From IMG/VR virus record IMGVR_UViG_3300035002_000017, positions 1 to 48,395 of that record: a DNA stretch of 48,395 nucleotides, one strand, 5' to 3'. How positions within the stretch are numbered: position 1 is the first letter of the stretch; each line of letters starts with the position of its first letter. Positions 17,079 through 27,036 of the stretch are shown piece by piece. The notes beneath the pieces are model-generated. The model was not told where the DNA came from and did not search any database. It was given only the letters and a program-made list of their open reading frames with translations. The position numbers and the translations under genes were made by a program. Origin of the DNA: a virus. Its lineage: Duplodnaviria; Caudoviricetes.

Positions 17079-18377
17079 TTAAAACACCCGCTCAACGCGG
17101 TACTTGACCGCCGTTGCCCCGGTGTACGTCCGGGCACTTGCCCCGGTTATTCGCACCTGCAACTTGAACTTGCCCGTTCCCGATGCCGCGTCCTTCTGAA
17201 TGCGCCAACTGATTGCGTCCCCGTTGTTGGATTGGGATGTGTGGTTGGTGTTCAGGGTGACGGTTTCGGTTGAGTTCGTCGCCTTCACGACCGGCAAGTC
17301 GATGAGGGCGTAGTAATTGAAAATGACCCCGCCCTGTTGCCAGTTTTCGAGGTTCACCACGCCGAGGCGGTAGAAGCCGTCGAAAGCGAAGTCGTCGGAA
17401 GTGATGCCGGTATCCACCCACGTGTTTTCGGCGAACGTCACCGATTTAGTCAGGTCGAACAGCACGTCCGACGACTGAACACCGGTGTAGTCAATCGGTC
17501 GGAACCGGTTGGCTTTCGATACCTGAATGACTTTATTGCCGAGCGGCCCGCCGAGGGCGGCTTCTGTGAAGTTGCCCGCCGTGCCCGCTTCATCCCGGTA
17601 CGCCTCCGTGTCGGCCCCGTTGCCGTTGCCCTCGAAGGTGTAGAGGCCCTTTGTATTGACCGTACCGGATTGCAGCCAAAGACCCCGGTGGTTGTTGCCC
17701 CCCCCGAGGTTCACGCCCTGGAAAAAAAAGTTGCCGGTTTCCAGCAGCGTCAGCCCGTACTTGGATTGGATATTGCCGCCGAACAACTTGGCATTGTTGG
17801 CCGCCCGGCCGTAAATGCCGTATTCGCCGCCTACGATGTTGGGGCGGGCGATTTCGAGCCAATAAGCCCCGTCGGTGCCGTTACCTTCGGCTTTAATTCC
17901 GTAGGTTCCGGCCAATACGTTGGGCATCCAGACGAAGCAATCGACGATTTTGCCGTCGTAACTGCCCGCCGGTACCTGAATGCCGATGTAGCCGTTGGGG
18001 GCGGTGGCCAGATTCGAGCGTTCGACTTTCAGGTTTTCAACCGTGATGAAATCGCCGTTCAACTTCAGCGCCCCCGGCGCATTGGGGTCGGTCACGCGCA
18101 AATACGACCCCGGCCCGAGGCCATAGAGGCGGGTGCCGGCCGGAATGTCGAGTTGGTCGGAAATATTGAACCACCCGCGCGGGATGAACAGCGCCCCCCC
18201 GGCGTTGTCGTCAAGCGCAGCCTGAATGCCCGCCGTCGAATCCGCCGAACCCGGCCCCTCGAAAACGTCTTCGTAGTCGAGAATGGAAGGCAGTTCGCGC
18301 AGGCGGGCGGCCAGCGTCCGGGCAACGGTGCCCGTCCCCGCCAATTGGTACTCGAATTCGTTCAGGCCAAAACTCAT
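17079..18377 (-). CDS. Tailspike/depolymerase with right-handed beta-helix
   Basis: GTGTVARTLAARLRELPSILDY...DSTAGIQAALD...LFIPRG is a typical tailspike N-terminus plus pectate-lyase-like start. Confidence 0.85.
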   Translation of the reverse strand: MSFGLNEFEYQLAGTGTVARTLAARLRELPSILDYEDVFEGPGSADSTAGIQAALDDNAGGALFIPRGWFNISDQLDIPAGTRLYGLGPGSYLRVTDPNAPGALKLNGDFITVENLKVERSNLATAPNGYIGIQVPAGSYDGKIVDCFVWMPNVLAGTYGIKAEGNGTDGAYWLEIARPNIVGGEYGIYGRAANNAKLFGGNIQSKYGLTLLETGNFFFQGVNLGGGNNHRGLWLQSGTVNTKGLYTFEGNGNGADTEAYRDEAGTAGNFTEAALGGPLGNKVIQVSKANRFRPIDYTGVQSSDVLFDLTKSVTFAENTWVDTGITSDDFAFDGFYRLGVVNLENWQQGGVIFNYYALIDLPVVKATNSTETVTLNTNHTSQSNNGDAISWRIQKDAASGTGKFKLQVRITGASARTYTGATAVKYRVERVF

Positions 18378-18409
18378 GCGTTGGAATTGATTGTAGGGTG
18401 GGTAAATCG

Positions 18410-19327
18410 TTACAGCGTTCTGATTCGGGCGGCGTATTCCACCACCCGGGTATCGTCGTATTTTTCCAGCACGAGGCGGTTGGCTTCATCCACTTGGCGC
18501 GCCCCGTTCGGCACCCCTACCGCTTCAATGTCAGCCACGAACCCGCCGTCGGTCAGGGCCGTCTGGGGCAAGGCCGCAGCGGGGGCGGCGTAGGCGTATT
18601 CCAGTTTGAGTACGTCGCCAAGCCCAAGCGCCTCCCCCACCTCCACCCGTCCCGTGTTCGACTGGTAGGTGAAACTCTGGTAGTATTTCGAGGTCGATTG
18701 GTTGAAGACGCCTTTCAGCACCGCGCCCGCAGGCAGGGGCTTGGCGGTACCGGACGTTGGGTTGTCCACCACCACGGCGTAGGTTGCGTCCGTGAGGTTG
18801 CAGACGGCCCAGCCGGTTTCAAAGGTCAGGGAAGGCATTTTCAGTTTGGCCCCGCCAACGTACTTCCACGTCAGGGCCGTTGTTCCCGCCGTGTAGGAGC
18901 CGGGAAACGAAACCTGAAACTCACCCCCGCCGTAGACATCCCCCAGCGCAACCTTGACAAGGGTGCCGTTCAGCAGGGGCGTAGTGATGCGTTCCCACGC
19001 GCCCGGACGCATGATCCACGGGGTGCGGCCTGCGGCGGCGGTCAGGTTGGGCACCAGCACCCGCAGGCCGTCGTAGCCCGTCACGCCGTCAATGGTCTGA
19101 ATGCCCGAAAGCGTCACCGAGGGAACGATGGCCACCACGTCCACGCCGCCCGACAGGTAGTCTTGGGCGGGGTTGGTCATTGTTCCGGCAAGGGCGGCGA
19201 GTTCGGTCTTGACCCAATCCTTGAAGGCCAATACCATCGTTTCGTGCTCGGTGTCATTGAGCACGGTATTGGTCGGGTTGAAAAACCCGCTGATGATGGC
19301 ATTGAGTTGGCTTTCGGTCGTGGGCAT
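18410..19327 (-). CDS. Tail fibre/baseplate-associated protein
   Basis: VTLSGIQTIDGV...DGLRVLV motif common in phage fibre proteins; position after the hub. Confidence 0.75.
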   Translation of the reverse strand: MPTTESQLNAIISGFFNPTNTVLNDTEHETMVLAFKDWVKTELAALAGTMTNPAQDYLSGGVDVVAIVPSVTLSGIQTIDGVTGYDGLRVLVPNLTAAAGRTPWIMRPGAWERITTPLLNGTLVKVALGDVYGGGEFQVSFPGSYTAGTTALTWKYVGGAKLKMPSLTFETGWAVCNLTDATYAVVVDNPTSGTAKPLPAGAVLKGVFNQSTSKYYQSFTYQSNTGRVEVGEALGLGDVLKLEYAYAAPAAALPQTALTDGGFVADIEAVGVPNGARQVDEANRLVLEKYDDTRVVEYAARIRTL

Positions 19328-19329
19328 GG

Positions 19330-22191
19330 CTATTCGTATCTATCCGCGTAGCGGGTCGGGTCGTATCGTCTCGTTCGGGGCGGCTTCGGCACCTCCACCG
19401 ACTGCCGCGCCCGGCTCTCCCCTTCGGGCGTCGAAATCGTGACTTCCACGTCGTCAGTCCCGAAATCCGGGGGCAGGGTCACGGCAAACTCCGTATCCAC
19501 GTCCGACCCCGGCGGCGGGGCAAACGTTTGTTCGTAGAGCGTCCCGCCCGTGCGGATGTTCTTGGCGCTAACGACGGTTTGCCGCCCGCCGGGAATGTTC
19601 TCAACCGGCACGGTGAGGGTGTTCCCAACGAGGGAAATCGTCCCCACTTTGGCCTCGATGAAGGCAACCGTGAACTTCACCTGTGCCCGCTTGCCTTGCT
19701 GGTTTTCGACCGTTGCTTCGTATTCCGAGGGCGGCAGGGGAACCGTGTAGGTGAGGGCGTTTACGGTGAAATCCGCCCCGGTCGGACTACCGACCTGCCG
19801 AACCGTCAGCTTGTAGGGGGGGCGGTTGAAGGAATCCAGCCAATCAAGGGTGATGTTGTACACCGGAAGCGTCACCCCGCCCGCCGTGCCCGTGCCGTAG
19901 CGCCCGTTCTGGCGAACGTCCGTAAAGCGGATGCCTGTTGCCGGCGCGTAGCACTTGCCGCCTTCGCGGGTAGCGACGAGGGATTCGCGGTCTTGCAGGA
20001 GGTCGTAATGCCGTCCCGTGTGGGCGGCGTCTACGCAAGGGGGCAGTTGGCGAAGCACGGTCTGGTGTTCGTCCTGCCGGGCGCTACTTTGGGTACCCAG
20101 GCACAGAAACCGCACCCCGGTAAATTCAGGCCACGCCACCCGCACCCCGTCGCCGGTACGCAGCCGGGCGCTGTCCACCTCGCCCCGGATGTGTTGCAGC
20201 GGGGCGCGGTAGCGGGATAGGGTTGCGTGGGCAACGTGGTGGAGCAGCGGGGCTTTGAAGGAAGGATTGGAAAGCCGGAACCATTCCCGCGTCGGGGTCA
20301 CGCCGTCCTTTTCGTAGATGACGGAATGGTAGTTGGTGTTCCTGGAATCGCCCAGTTTTACCGTTACCTCGCCTTGCACCTCACCGCCCGCACCGTCGGG
20401 GGCCTGAATCACGAACCGCTCCCCCTTCGTATCCTGTTCGCCGGTTGGCGCGTAGGAAAGCCGCAGGGCGTCGTATTCGATGTAGGATGCCGAAGCCGGG
20501 CCGGGCGTAGCGGGGTATTCGTTGCCTTCGTCAAAGTCCGTTGCTTCCCCCAAACACACCATCAGCAGGTAGCCCGGTACCGGAACCTGAATGTCCACCA
20601 GGGTTCCCTGTCCGGCTTTGGCAAACAGCGGAATGCCGCCGTTTTTCAGCTTTTGGTCGTTGCGGCCCGCCAGGCCCCCGAAGTTCCAGAACGGCCCGAT
20701 CTTGAAGGAAACATCAAAACCTTTCCATTCCGGCGCGGCAAATTCGGTTTCAATCCCGTCCAATAGCCGCGTTTCGGTGTTGTCGAACAGGTGTACGGCG
20801 TCACCGTCCCCCCACCCCCCGCCGTTTTGCAGGACGTAGGTATAGGCCAGGTTCAGATCGCGGGCGGCGGGAACAGAGTCCGGGTTGTTTTTGAACCGGC
20901 TGTAGGCGGCCAGTGACCGGAACGGGCAGGCAAAAACGGCCAACTTCGCCCCCCGCGCGTCGAACTGGCGAAACCGCCCGGAGAGCTTGACGTTGTGGGC
21001 GTTGGGTACGGCCAGAATCTGAAAAAAGCAGTTCTCGAACGCATCCGAGGCCGAGGCCCCGACGGCGTAGGACAGCAGCCCGGATTTCAGCATTTTGTCG
21101 GCGGGCCGGCGTCCGGTTAGCCGCAGGTAGCGCCGCCCGAAGTAATCCGGCCCGGTGCCGAGTTCGGGTTTGGGGAGCGACCACTTGGTGGCCGGTGTCG
21201 TGCCCCAGTGCAGGGGCATCCGAACCCCGTCGCGCCGGGCGGGGGCAAGGGCCGAAAGCCGAAAGTTGCGCAGGCGGTTTTTTGGGGTGCCGTAGTCCAG
21301 TTTGAGCGTGACCGACTTGACCGGCTGCGTGTAGCCGATTTGCTGACCATCGAAGACAAACAGGGTCTTTTCCGCCCGCGCCGTGCCTTCCGGGTACGTT
21401 TCCGCCCCCTGCACCGAAACCAGCCGCGAAACCGTCACCGGCCCCGTTTCGCGCCCGTCCGGGGCGAAGGCGAAGAACTTCACCGTCCCGCCCTCCAGAT
21501 TGGGTTCAATGGCTTCCCAATGCCCTTCCCGCTGGCGAATGACCAGCCCAAAGGCCCGGCTAATTTCGGTCAAAACGACCTGACACGAGTCCGGTACGTC
21601 CCCGTCGCCGGTGAACTGTCCGGGGTGGTAAAAGTGCTGGTCCAGGTTGCACCGGGCCGGGTCGTCGCCGGGCGTGTGGAGTTCCGAGGCGATCCACAGC
21701 GCGAGATCAAGCCCCGTTTTCGATAGCGCCAATTGCAGCGCCCGGCGGAAGGTAACGGGGGTTTCAAGCCCCATGCCGTTTTCGTCCGTGTGGGGTTCAG
21801 CGTCAAGGCCCCCTAGTCCGTCCGTTGCCCGAAGTTCAAATTCCTGATTTTTGCGGAAGGGTTCGGTTTGCAGGTGCTGGGCCAAAAACCCTTCAAATTC
21901 CACCTGTCCGTTTAGTAGCCGCCGCACCATCCATTCGCGGGGGTGTTCGGAAAGGAACGTTTTGATGCCGAAGCCGTCTAGGTTCTGTAGGCGCAGCGTG
22001 ACCTCCGTTCCCTGCAAGATTTCGTCTTTGTCGGCGCTCGATACGCCCGCTTCCCATTCCAGGGGTCGGACGCCTTGCAGGGCTTTTAAGGGCACAACCG
22101 GCCCCACGTAGTTCCGCCGCAGCAGTTCAACCGTTTCGGTTTGGTCCGAAACAGTCTGGTAGCTGAAGGCATGGAACAATCCGTAGGGCAT
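19330..22191 (-). CDS. Baseplate hub / distal tail protein
   Basis: 953 aa immediately after tape measure; FEGFL...ELRATDGLGGL...L.EI..AFG..IRQ.EG.W pattern. Confidence 0.75.
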   Translation of the reverse strand: MPYGLFHAFSYQTVSDQTETVELLRRNYVGPVVPLKALQGVRPLEWEAGVSSADKDEILQGTEVTLRLQNLDGFGIKTFLSEHPREWMVRRLLNGQVEFEGFLAQHLQTEPFRKNQEFELRATDGLGGLDAEPHTDENGMGLETPVTFRRALQLALSKTGLDLALWIASELHTPGDDPARCNLDQHFYHPGQFTGDGDVPDSCQVVLTEISRAFGLVIRQREGHWEAIEPNLEGGTVKFFAFAPDGRETGPVTVSRLVSVQGAETYPEGTARAEKTLFVFDGQQIGYTQPVKSVTLKLDYGTPKNRLRNFRLSALAPARRDGVRMPLHWGTTPATKWSLPKPELGTGPDYFGRRYLRLTGRRPADKMLKSGLLSYAVGASASDAFENCFFQILAVPNAHNVKLSGRFRQFDARGAKLAVFACPFRSLAAYSRFKNNPDSVPAARDLNLAYTYVLQNGGGWGDGDAVHLFDNTETRLLDGIETEFAAPEWKGFDVSFKIGPFWNFGGLAGRNDQKLKNGGIPLFAKAGQGTLVDIQVPVPGYLLMVCLGEATDFDEGNEYPATPGPASASYIEYDALRLSYAPTGEQDTKGERFVIQAPDGAGGEVQGEVTVKLGDSRNTNYHSVIYEKDGVTPTREWFRLSNPSFKAPLLHHVAHATLSRYRAPLQHIRGEVDSARLRTGDGVRVAWPEFTGVRFLCLGTQSSARQDEHQTVLRQLPPCVDAAHTGRHYDLLQDRESLVATREGGKCYAPATGIRFTDVRQNGRYGTGTAGGVTLPVYNITLDWLDSFNRPPYKLTVRQVGSPTGADFTVNALTYTVPLPPSEYEATVENQQGKRAQVKFTVAFIEAKVGTISLVGNTLTVPVENIPGGRQTVVSAKNIRTGGTLYEQTFAPPPGSDVDTEFAVTLPPDFGTDDVEVTISTPEGESRARQSVEVPKPPRTRRYDPTRYADRYE

Positions 22192-22197
22192 ACTGAT

Positions 22198-24453
22198 TTA
22201 GCGCCCGGTGCGGGCGGCGTTGGCTTTGATGCGTTGGTCGATGACGAATTCCAGGTCGCGGCCCGTTTGCCGCATCGAACCCGTGACGTGAACGGCCAGC
22301 ATTGCCGGGCCGGGCACGGAGGAGGCCGAAACACCCCGGCCCAAATCCACGGCTTGCCGGAACATCGGCAGGAGCATCGAGCGGAGTTTAGCCAGCGGGG
22401 CAATGACTTCGGGGTTGGTTCTTACCCCTTCGTATTCACCCATCAGGCCGTAGACCGGCCCGGAGACGATGCCGCCCGCTGCGAATTTCTTCGGGGCCTT
22501 CATCGCGTTCGACTGGATTTTTGAGCCGATGGCGATCAAGGCAAGGGCGGCGGGGATGGCTATGTAGGGGTTTGATAAGGCACCTTTCAGGGCTTTACTG
22601 GTTGCAATCAGCGCGGGCACCGTCGATAGAACTTGCTGGCCGAATGCCTGGAGCAACCGCCCCAACTGTTCGCCCATGAAGTTTCCGATGTTAAAATCTT
22701 TCTCACCCAAGCGCCCCAGCCCTTGCGCAAACGCCCCGGCGAGTTGGGCAAATTGGCCCGGCAGGGATTCGATAATTTGACCGAAACTCCCCCGGATGCT
22801 GTCTTTCCACGTTTGCATGAACGTTGGAGCTTTGACCTGAGGGGCGTTGACTTCGGGCAGGGGGAGGTTTATCTTTAAAACTTCGGGGATGATGTTATTG
22901 AAGGGGTTTTTCTGCCCAATAATCGCCATCCGTTGCAAATGCTCCCCGAACACCTTTTCCCGGTCTTCGTAGGCTTTTTTGTCGGCGGCAAGAATGGCCG
23001 CAATCCGGGGGTTGGCCCCGCCGAGGGCGTTGGAGGTTGAGCCGCCTGACCGACCGCCGCCGCCGCCACCCCCGCCTTTCGGCGGCCTTACCGTGCCCGT
23101 CATGGCACCGACAGCGGCTTCGTTGAGCGCCCCGAGTTCGTCACCCGTTACGGCAACGCGCCCGGCGATTTTGGCGGCAATTCCGTCGAACCAGGCAATC
23201 TGTTCCTCTAATCGCTTCTGGGAAGTCTCAAAGCCGAGTGCCCCGGAAATGGAAGCGCCGAGCTTAAGGAACATCTGCGGCACCATCGCCGAAAGCTCCA
23301 CCATTGTAGCAATCGCATTGCGCACGGTGTCCACGCCGCCTTCCCACGCGCCTTTCCAATCGCCCTGCATGAATGAGCTAACCGCGCCGAGCGCCGACGT
23401 AATGGCGGGGCCTGCGTATTCGGTTTCGGCAACCAGGAGGCCAATCGTGGCAATGGCGAGGCCAACCGGCCCCGTCATTATGCCCCAGGCGGCGGCAACC
23501 TTCGGGGCAATCGAGACAATCGAGCCGAGGGCAATCAGCACCGGCCCGGCGGCGGCGGCAAACCCGGCGGCGGTCAGGATTGCTTTTTGAACGTTGGGAT
23601 CAAGCCCGGCAAACCGCTGGCTGAGTTCGTCAATTTTGTTCCCCAGCGCCTCAAACTTCGCGCTCAGGGCAAAGTTTCGCTCAAACGCCTTGCCGACTTC
23701 ATACGCGCCGATTTTAGCCGAATCAACGAAGTTTTCAAGGATTGCCTTCGGCCCGGCGGTGGCTTTTGGGAGTTTTTCGAGTTGGGTCGTGATTTTAGAG
23801 AGGAACTCATCGGCAGAAAGGCCCATTTTCTGCAAAACCTCCGTGTCCGCCGTCCCGAAGGCTTTTTGCATCAAATCCCGGATCATCGGCAACCGTTCGG
23901 CGATCTGGTTGATTTCCTCCGCCGAAACCTTGCCCTTGCCCTTCATTTGGGCTAAGGCGGTGTTGATGCCCTCCAGTTCGGCCTTGCCCTTGCCGGATTG
24001 CGTGAGCGCGTTACCAAAACCAATAATGGCACGCTTGGCAAGGTCAGCGTTGTACTTGACCGACAGGAGCGATACAATCGAACCGGCGGCTTCTTCAATG
24101 CCGAGGCCGGGCAATTTGGCAATCTGCTTAACCTCGCCGAGCGTGACGCCGTACTGCGACAGCGAACGCTCCAGGGCGTCAATATCGCCGAAGGTTTTGT
24201 AGGCCGCGCCCGCCATGGCAGCCAGCGGGGCGGTGACGAATGTAGAAAGGTTTTGCCCGGTTGATTTTAGGTTCCCGGCCATGCGCCCGAACCCCTGGTT
24301 GAACCGTGAGGTGAAGTAATCGGCTTGCTTTCCGGCGTTGGCCAGGTCCACGTTCATCCGGGCAACGAAGGCCCCGACGGCCCCGGCCGATTGCTGCATC
24401 CCGGCAATGAACCGCCGGTTGTCGAGGCTTAAGGGTATGTTGGCTCCGGCCAT
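22198..24453 (-). CDS. Tape measure protein
   Basis: Ala/Gly-rich helical; LAQMKGKGKVSAEEINQIAER tape-measure motif; FAAGGIVSGP...GE..PEVIAPL C-terminus. Confidence 0.95.
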   Translation of the reverse strand: MAGANIPLSLDNRRFIAGMQQSAGAVGAFVARMNVDLANAGKQADYFTSRFNQGFGRMAGNLKSTGQNLSTFVTAPLAAMAGAAYKTFGDIDALERSLSQYGVTLGEVKQIAKLPGLGIEEAAGSIVSLLSVKYNADLAKRAIIGFGNALTQSGKGKAELEGINTALAQMKGKGKVSAEEINQIAERLPMIRDLMQKAFGTADTEVLQKMGLSADEFLSKITTQLEKLPKATAGPKAILENFVDSAKIGAYEVGKAFERNFALSAKFEALGNKIDELSQRFAGLDPNVQKAILTAAGFAAAAGPVLIALGSIVSIAPKVAAAWGIMTGPVGLAIATIGLLVAETEYAGPAITSALGAVSSFMQGDWKGAWEGGVDTVRNAIATMVELSAMVPQMFLKLGASISGALGFETSQKRLEEQIAWFDGIAAKIAGRVAVTGDELGALNEAAVGAMTGTVRPPKGGGGGGGGRSGGSTSNALGGANPRIAAILAADKKAYEDREKVFGEHLQRMAIIGQKNPFNNIIPEVLKINLPLPEVNAPQVKAPTFMQTWKDSIRGSFGQIIESLPGQFAQLAGAFAQGLGRLGEKDFNIGNFMGEQLGRLLQAFGQQVLSTVPALIATSKALKGALSNPYIAIPAALALIAIGSKIQSNAMKAPKKFAAGGIVSGPVYGLMGEYEGVRTNPEVIAPLAKLRSMLLPMFRQAVDLGRGVSASSVPGPAMLAVHVTGSMRQTGRDLEFVIDQRIKANAARTGR

Positions 24454-24719
24454 CAGGTCAGGGTGGAAAGCGCCGCGTTCAACCGGCGCGTCATGGCTTG
24501 CTTTTCCTCCGGGGTCATTGGCACGGGGGCGGGCGGCGGGGGCACTTCCCCGACCGGCCCGAACACGTCATCTTCGCTTTCAAAGGGGCTGTCTTTGCCC
24601 CAGGCGGCAAGACCAACGACGTGAATGAGCCGCCCGAAAAACACCTTTTGTTCGTCCCTCCGGCGGCTTTCGCGGGCGTAGTACCCCCGCCGGGTGTCGA
24701 AGTAGTCGCGCAGGCTCAT
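24453..24719 (-). CDS. Tail assembly chaperone, T segment (made as a G-T frameshift fusion)
   Basis: Frame is open upstream to the slippery site: KLTWAELRAEAFGEIGLKPWEFRQMSLRDY. Confidence 0.8.
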   Translation of the reverse strand: MSLRDYFDTRRGYYARESRRRDEQKVFFGRLIHVVGLAAWGKDSPFESEDDVFGPVGEVPPPPAPVPMTPEEKQAMTRRLNAALSTLT

Positions 24720-24739
24720 CTGGCGGAACTCCCACGGCT

Positions 24740-25168
24740 TTAGGCCGATTTCGCCGAACGCTTCGGCGCGGAGTTCCGCCCAGGTGAGTTTTTTGCGGGC
24801 TCGGCGGTGTTTACGATTTCGGCCGGGCCGCGTTCGGCGTTATTGGGGTCGGGGTCGATGTAGCGCACGAAGGCATCCAACACGGCATCCTTGAAGGTCG
24901 AGCGCAGCCCGCCCGTCGCGTCAATCGCGTCCACAATGTCGGCGCGGGTAAAGGGGCAAGGCTCCCGGCGTACCTGGTGGTAGCGCTCGACGAAACACAG
25001 CAGCAGTTCGGGCACTTTTTTGAGTGCCTTCGGCCCGGCGACCAACGCAAACACCGCCTGCAGGTTCACGTCTTCAATGCCGTTGGCCTCGCAGAACGCC
25101 TCCAGCGCCCCGATGCCGAAGTTGAAACCGAATTGTTTGTCGCCTGCGGCGAGAACGATTTCGTTCAT
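24740..25168 (-). CDS. Tail assembly chaperone (G)
   Basis: Between tail tube and tape measure; FNFGIGALEAFCE. Confidence 0.85.
   Translation of the reverse strand: MNEIVLAAGDKQFGFNFGIGALEAFCEANGIEDVNLQAVFALVAGPKALKKVPELLLCFVERYHQVRREPCPFTRADIVDAIDATGGLRSTFKDAVLDAFVRYIDPDPNNAERGPAEIVNTAEPAKNSPGRNSAPKRSAKSA
24788..24794 (-). other. Programmed -1 ribosomal frameshift site A_AAA_AAC
   Basis: GCA AAA AAC in the G frame; a -1 shift enters the 24453..24719 frame. Confidence 0.8.
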
Positions 25169-25171
25169 GGC

Positions 25172-25612
25172 TTAGGCAATGGTGAAGGTTTCGATGGAAC
25201 CGTTGATGTCGAGCGACACGTCCCATTTGGAGATGTCCCCGACGGCGTTTTCGCTGCCGACTTTGGAGACGACGGCCGTAAACTTTTCCCCCGACGTGCC
25301 GGTAGTGGTGTTGGCCCCGACGAAAAATTCGAGCACCGTACCCGCGTCAAAGGCGGTGCACCAGTCCTTGTACGACCAGTTGGTGGTTTCTTCGCCCGAG
25401 GTGTAATCCATGTGCACCCCGCCGAGGGTGGCCGTAACCGTGCGTTCGCCCGGTACCTTCTGGGAGGTGTTGCCCGTGGCCTGGCACAGATACTTTTTGA
25501 TGTCCGCCGAACGGTCGGCGGAAAACTTGTCGGCGCAGCCGATGAGTTGGTAGGTCGAGGCGACCTTGACGAAAATGAAGGTGTTCACCCCCAGTTGCCG
25601 AACCGTTGCCAT
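25172..25612 (-). CDS. Major tail tube protein
   Basis: 146 aa; IGCA..FS.DRSAD...KVPG.RTVT...WDVSLDINGSI; canonical position. Confidence 0.85.
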   Translation of the reverse strand: MATVRQLGVNTFIFVKVASTYQLIGCADKFSADRSADIKKYLCQATGNTSQKVPGERTVTATLGGVHMDYTSGEETTNWSYKDWCTAFDAGTVLEFFVGANTTTGTSGEKFTAVVSKVGSENAVGDISKWDVSLDINGSIETFTIA

Positions 25613-25632
25613 GATGGTTGAAGAGTTGATTG

Positions 25633-26019
25633 TTAAATGCGGTAAATCACTTGGAACCGGACGAGCCGGGCGTACTCCTGGTTTTCTTCGTCAAACCCGT
25701 CGTCGGGTGCGCCGCTGACGCTCACGCCGTCGATGGTTTCGCCCGATAGTGTCCCGGCCCAACGGTCAAGCCGGGCGGTAATGAGGGCGGCTATTGCAAC
25801 GGCTTCGGCCTTGTCGGGCGACCAGACGATGACTTCCACCGTATCGCGGTGAATGCGTCCGGCCTGACAGGGAATTGGCTCCCCGGACGTGACGGTGTAC
25901 ACCGCCGACGGTGCGCCTTCCTCCACGGCCCCGACGGGTACGACTTCCGGGAACAAGCCCGCAAAGCCCACCGGCAAGGCCGGGTCGGTCATCACGCGCT
26001 GACGGAAAGCCTTTTGCAT
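25633..26019 (-). CDS. Tail terminator/completion protein (DUF3168-like)
   Basis: LFPEVVP...PSAVY...VEVIVWS...A.AIA..I.ARLD; canonical position. Confidence 0.8.
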   Translation of the reverse strand: MQKAFRQRVMTDPALPVGFAGLFPEVVPVGAVEEGAPSAVYTVTSGEPIPCQAGRIHRDTVEVIVWSPDKAEAVAIAALITARLDRWAGTLSGETIDGVSVSGAPDDGFDEENQEYARLVRFQVIYRI

Positions 26020-26023
26020 CGGG

Positions 26024-26500
26024 TTAGGGTATCAGGCCCAGCCGCTTCATGGCGGCAAGTACCTTTTTTTCAATCGTTTGGCCGAGCGATGCCGTCACCT
26101 GGGCAATCGTTTGACTGAACGCCCGCGTCAGGAAATCGTTGGGGCGGATGCGGCGTTTTCCGGCGACGCCCTTGGTAATGAAGTGCGTCCGCCAACCGAC
26201 CTTGCCGGACTTTTTCGATACGCCGATGATGACTTTCGCTTCGCCGACCTTATCCCGCACCGCCCGGATGCGGATGTCCTGCCGGGTCGCCCCGCCGCGC
26301 CGGTAATCGTTGCTGCGTCGCTTTAAGCTAACCCGTTGGTTCCCCTTCCCCCTCGGTGCTTCCTGCACCATCCGGGTTTTTATGGGCTTTGCCGCTTCGC
26401 TGAGCGCCGCCTGCATCGTGCGTTCCTGGAGTTGGAACGGAAGCCGCACCAGATTGGCTTCCAGGTTCCGTAGGCCCGTCAGGTCGTAGAGGATTTCCAT
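26024..26500 (-). CDS. HK97 gp10-family tail component
   Basis: ATG 26500; GLRNLEANL..L...ALSEAAKPI...AP...HFITKG...PNDFLTRAF. Confidence 0.85.
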   Translation of the reverse strand: MEILYDLTGLRNLEANLVRLPFQLQERTMQAALSEAAKPIKTRMVQEAPRGKGNQRVSLKRRSNDYRRGGATRQDIRIRAVRDKVGEAKVIIGVSKKSGKVGWRTHFITKGVAGKRRIRPNDFLTRAFSQTIAQVTASLGQTIEKKVLAAMKRLGLIP

Positions 26501-26609
26501 AGCCGAGGCGAACGAAAAAGGTAACCAGGGAGTCCGGCACGGCAACCGTTTGGCCCGCGTCGGCGTGAATTACCCCGTGGTGGTCTTTGGTGAAATGAAA
26601 AGGCGTCAT
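26328..26609 (-). CDS. Small protein similar to 27607..27816, overlapping gp10
   Basis: ATG 26609 lies 5 nt after the upstream stop; FHFTKDH...AGQTVAVPD...FVRLGYG aligns with VKFLKNH...EGDVAELE...IEAGIA. Confidence 0.5.
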   Translation of the reverse strand: MTPFHFTKDHHGVIHADAGQTVAVPDSLVTFFVRLGYGNPLRPDGPTEPGSQSGAASVPTPGTHDAGGAQRSGKAHKNPDGAGSTEGEGEPTG

Positions 26610-26614
26610 CGGCG

Positions 26615-27004
26615 TTAGTAGCGGATTTCGGTGAGTAGTTCCCATCCCTGACCCCGACCGAGTTCGCGCGGCGGGGCGATGATTTCGTAGTACTGCGTTG
26701 GCTCCGTAGCGCCTTCCGGTACGTCCCGGTGGTCATAGAGCCGCATTTGGGCCGTGATGCCCTTGCCGGTGCCGTAGCGCACAAGAAACCGCGTTTTGGC
26801 CGTTGCCGTCTCCCGCCCTTCCGGGTAGGCTTCCTTGTCGCCGCCGCCGTCCATTTTCGCGGCCCAAATTCCTGCTTTGAACACCTCCCACGTCCCGCGC
26901 TTGCGCCCGGTCTGGCCGTAGGCGTCCGGGGTTTGGGCGGGGCGTTCGATGGTCAGCAGGCGATCCAACTGCCGCCCCGAAAACGGGTTTTGGTCGTTCA
27001 TCAC
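26615..27004 (-). CDS. Head closure / head-tail adaptor (SPP1 gp16-like)
   Basis: GRQLDRLLTIERP...DAYG....W...IWA...E.....TRFLVRY...ITAQMRL. Confidence 0.9.
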   Translation of the reverse strand: MMNDQNPFSGRQLDRLLTIERPAQTPDAYGQTGRKRGTWEVFKAGIWAAKMDGGGDKEAYPEGRETATAKTRFLVRYGTGKGITAQMRLYDHRDVPEGATEPTQYYEIIAPPRELGRGQGWELLTEIRY

Positions 27005-27036
27005 GGTCTGACGCCTACGCGCGTCGGGTTAAGGTT

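Noticed and set aside
9226-19327. Diversity-generating retroelement or invertible fibre cassette
   Set aside because: No reverse transcriptase, invertase or adenine-mismatched TR/VR pair seen; repeats near 11390/11540 just encode the NPHGVT fibre motif
17337-19351. 418-aa and 317-aa + strand ORFs
   Set aside because: Antisense shadows of the tailspike and fibre genes
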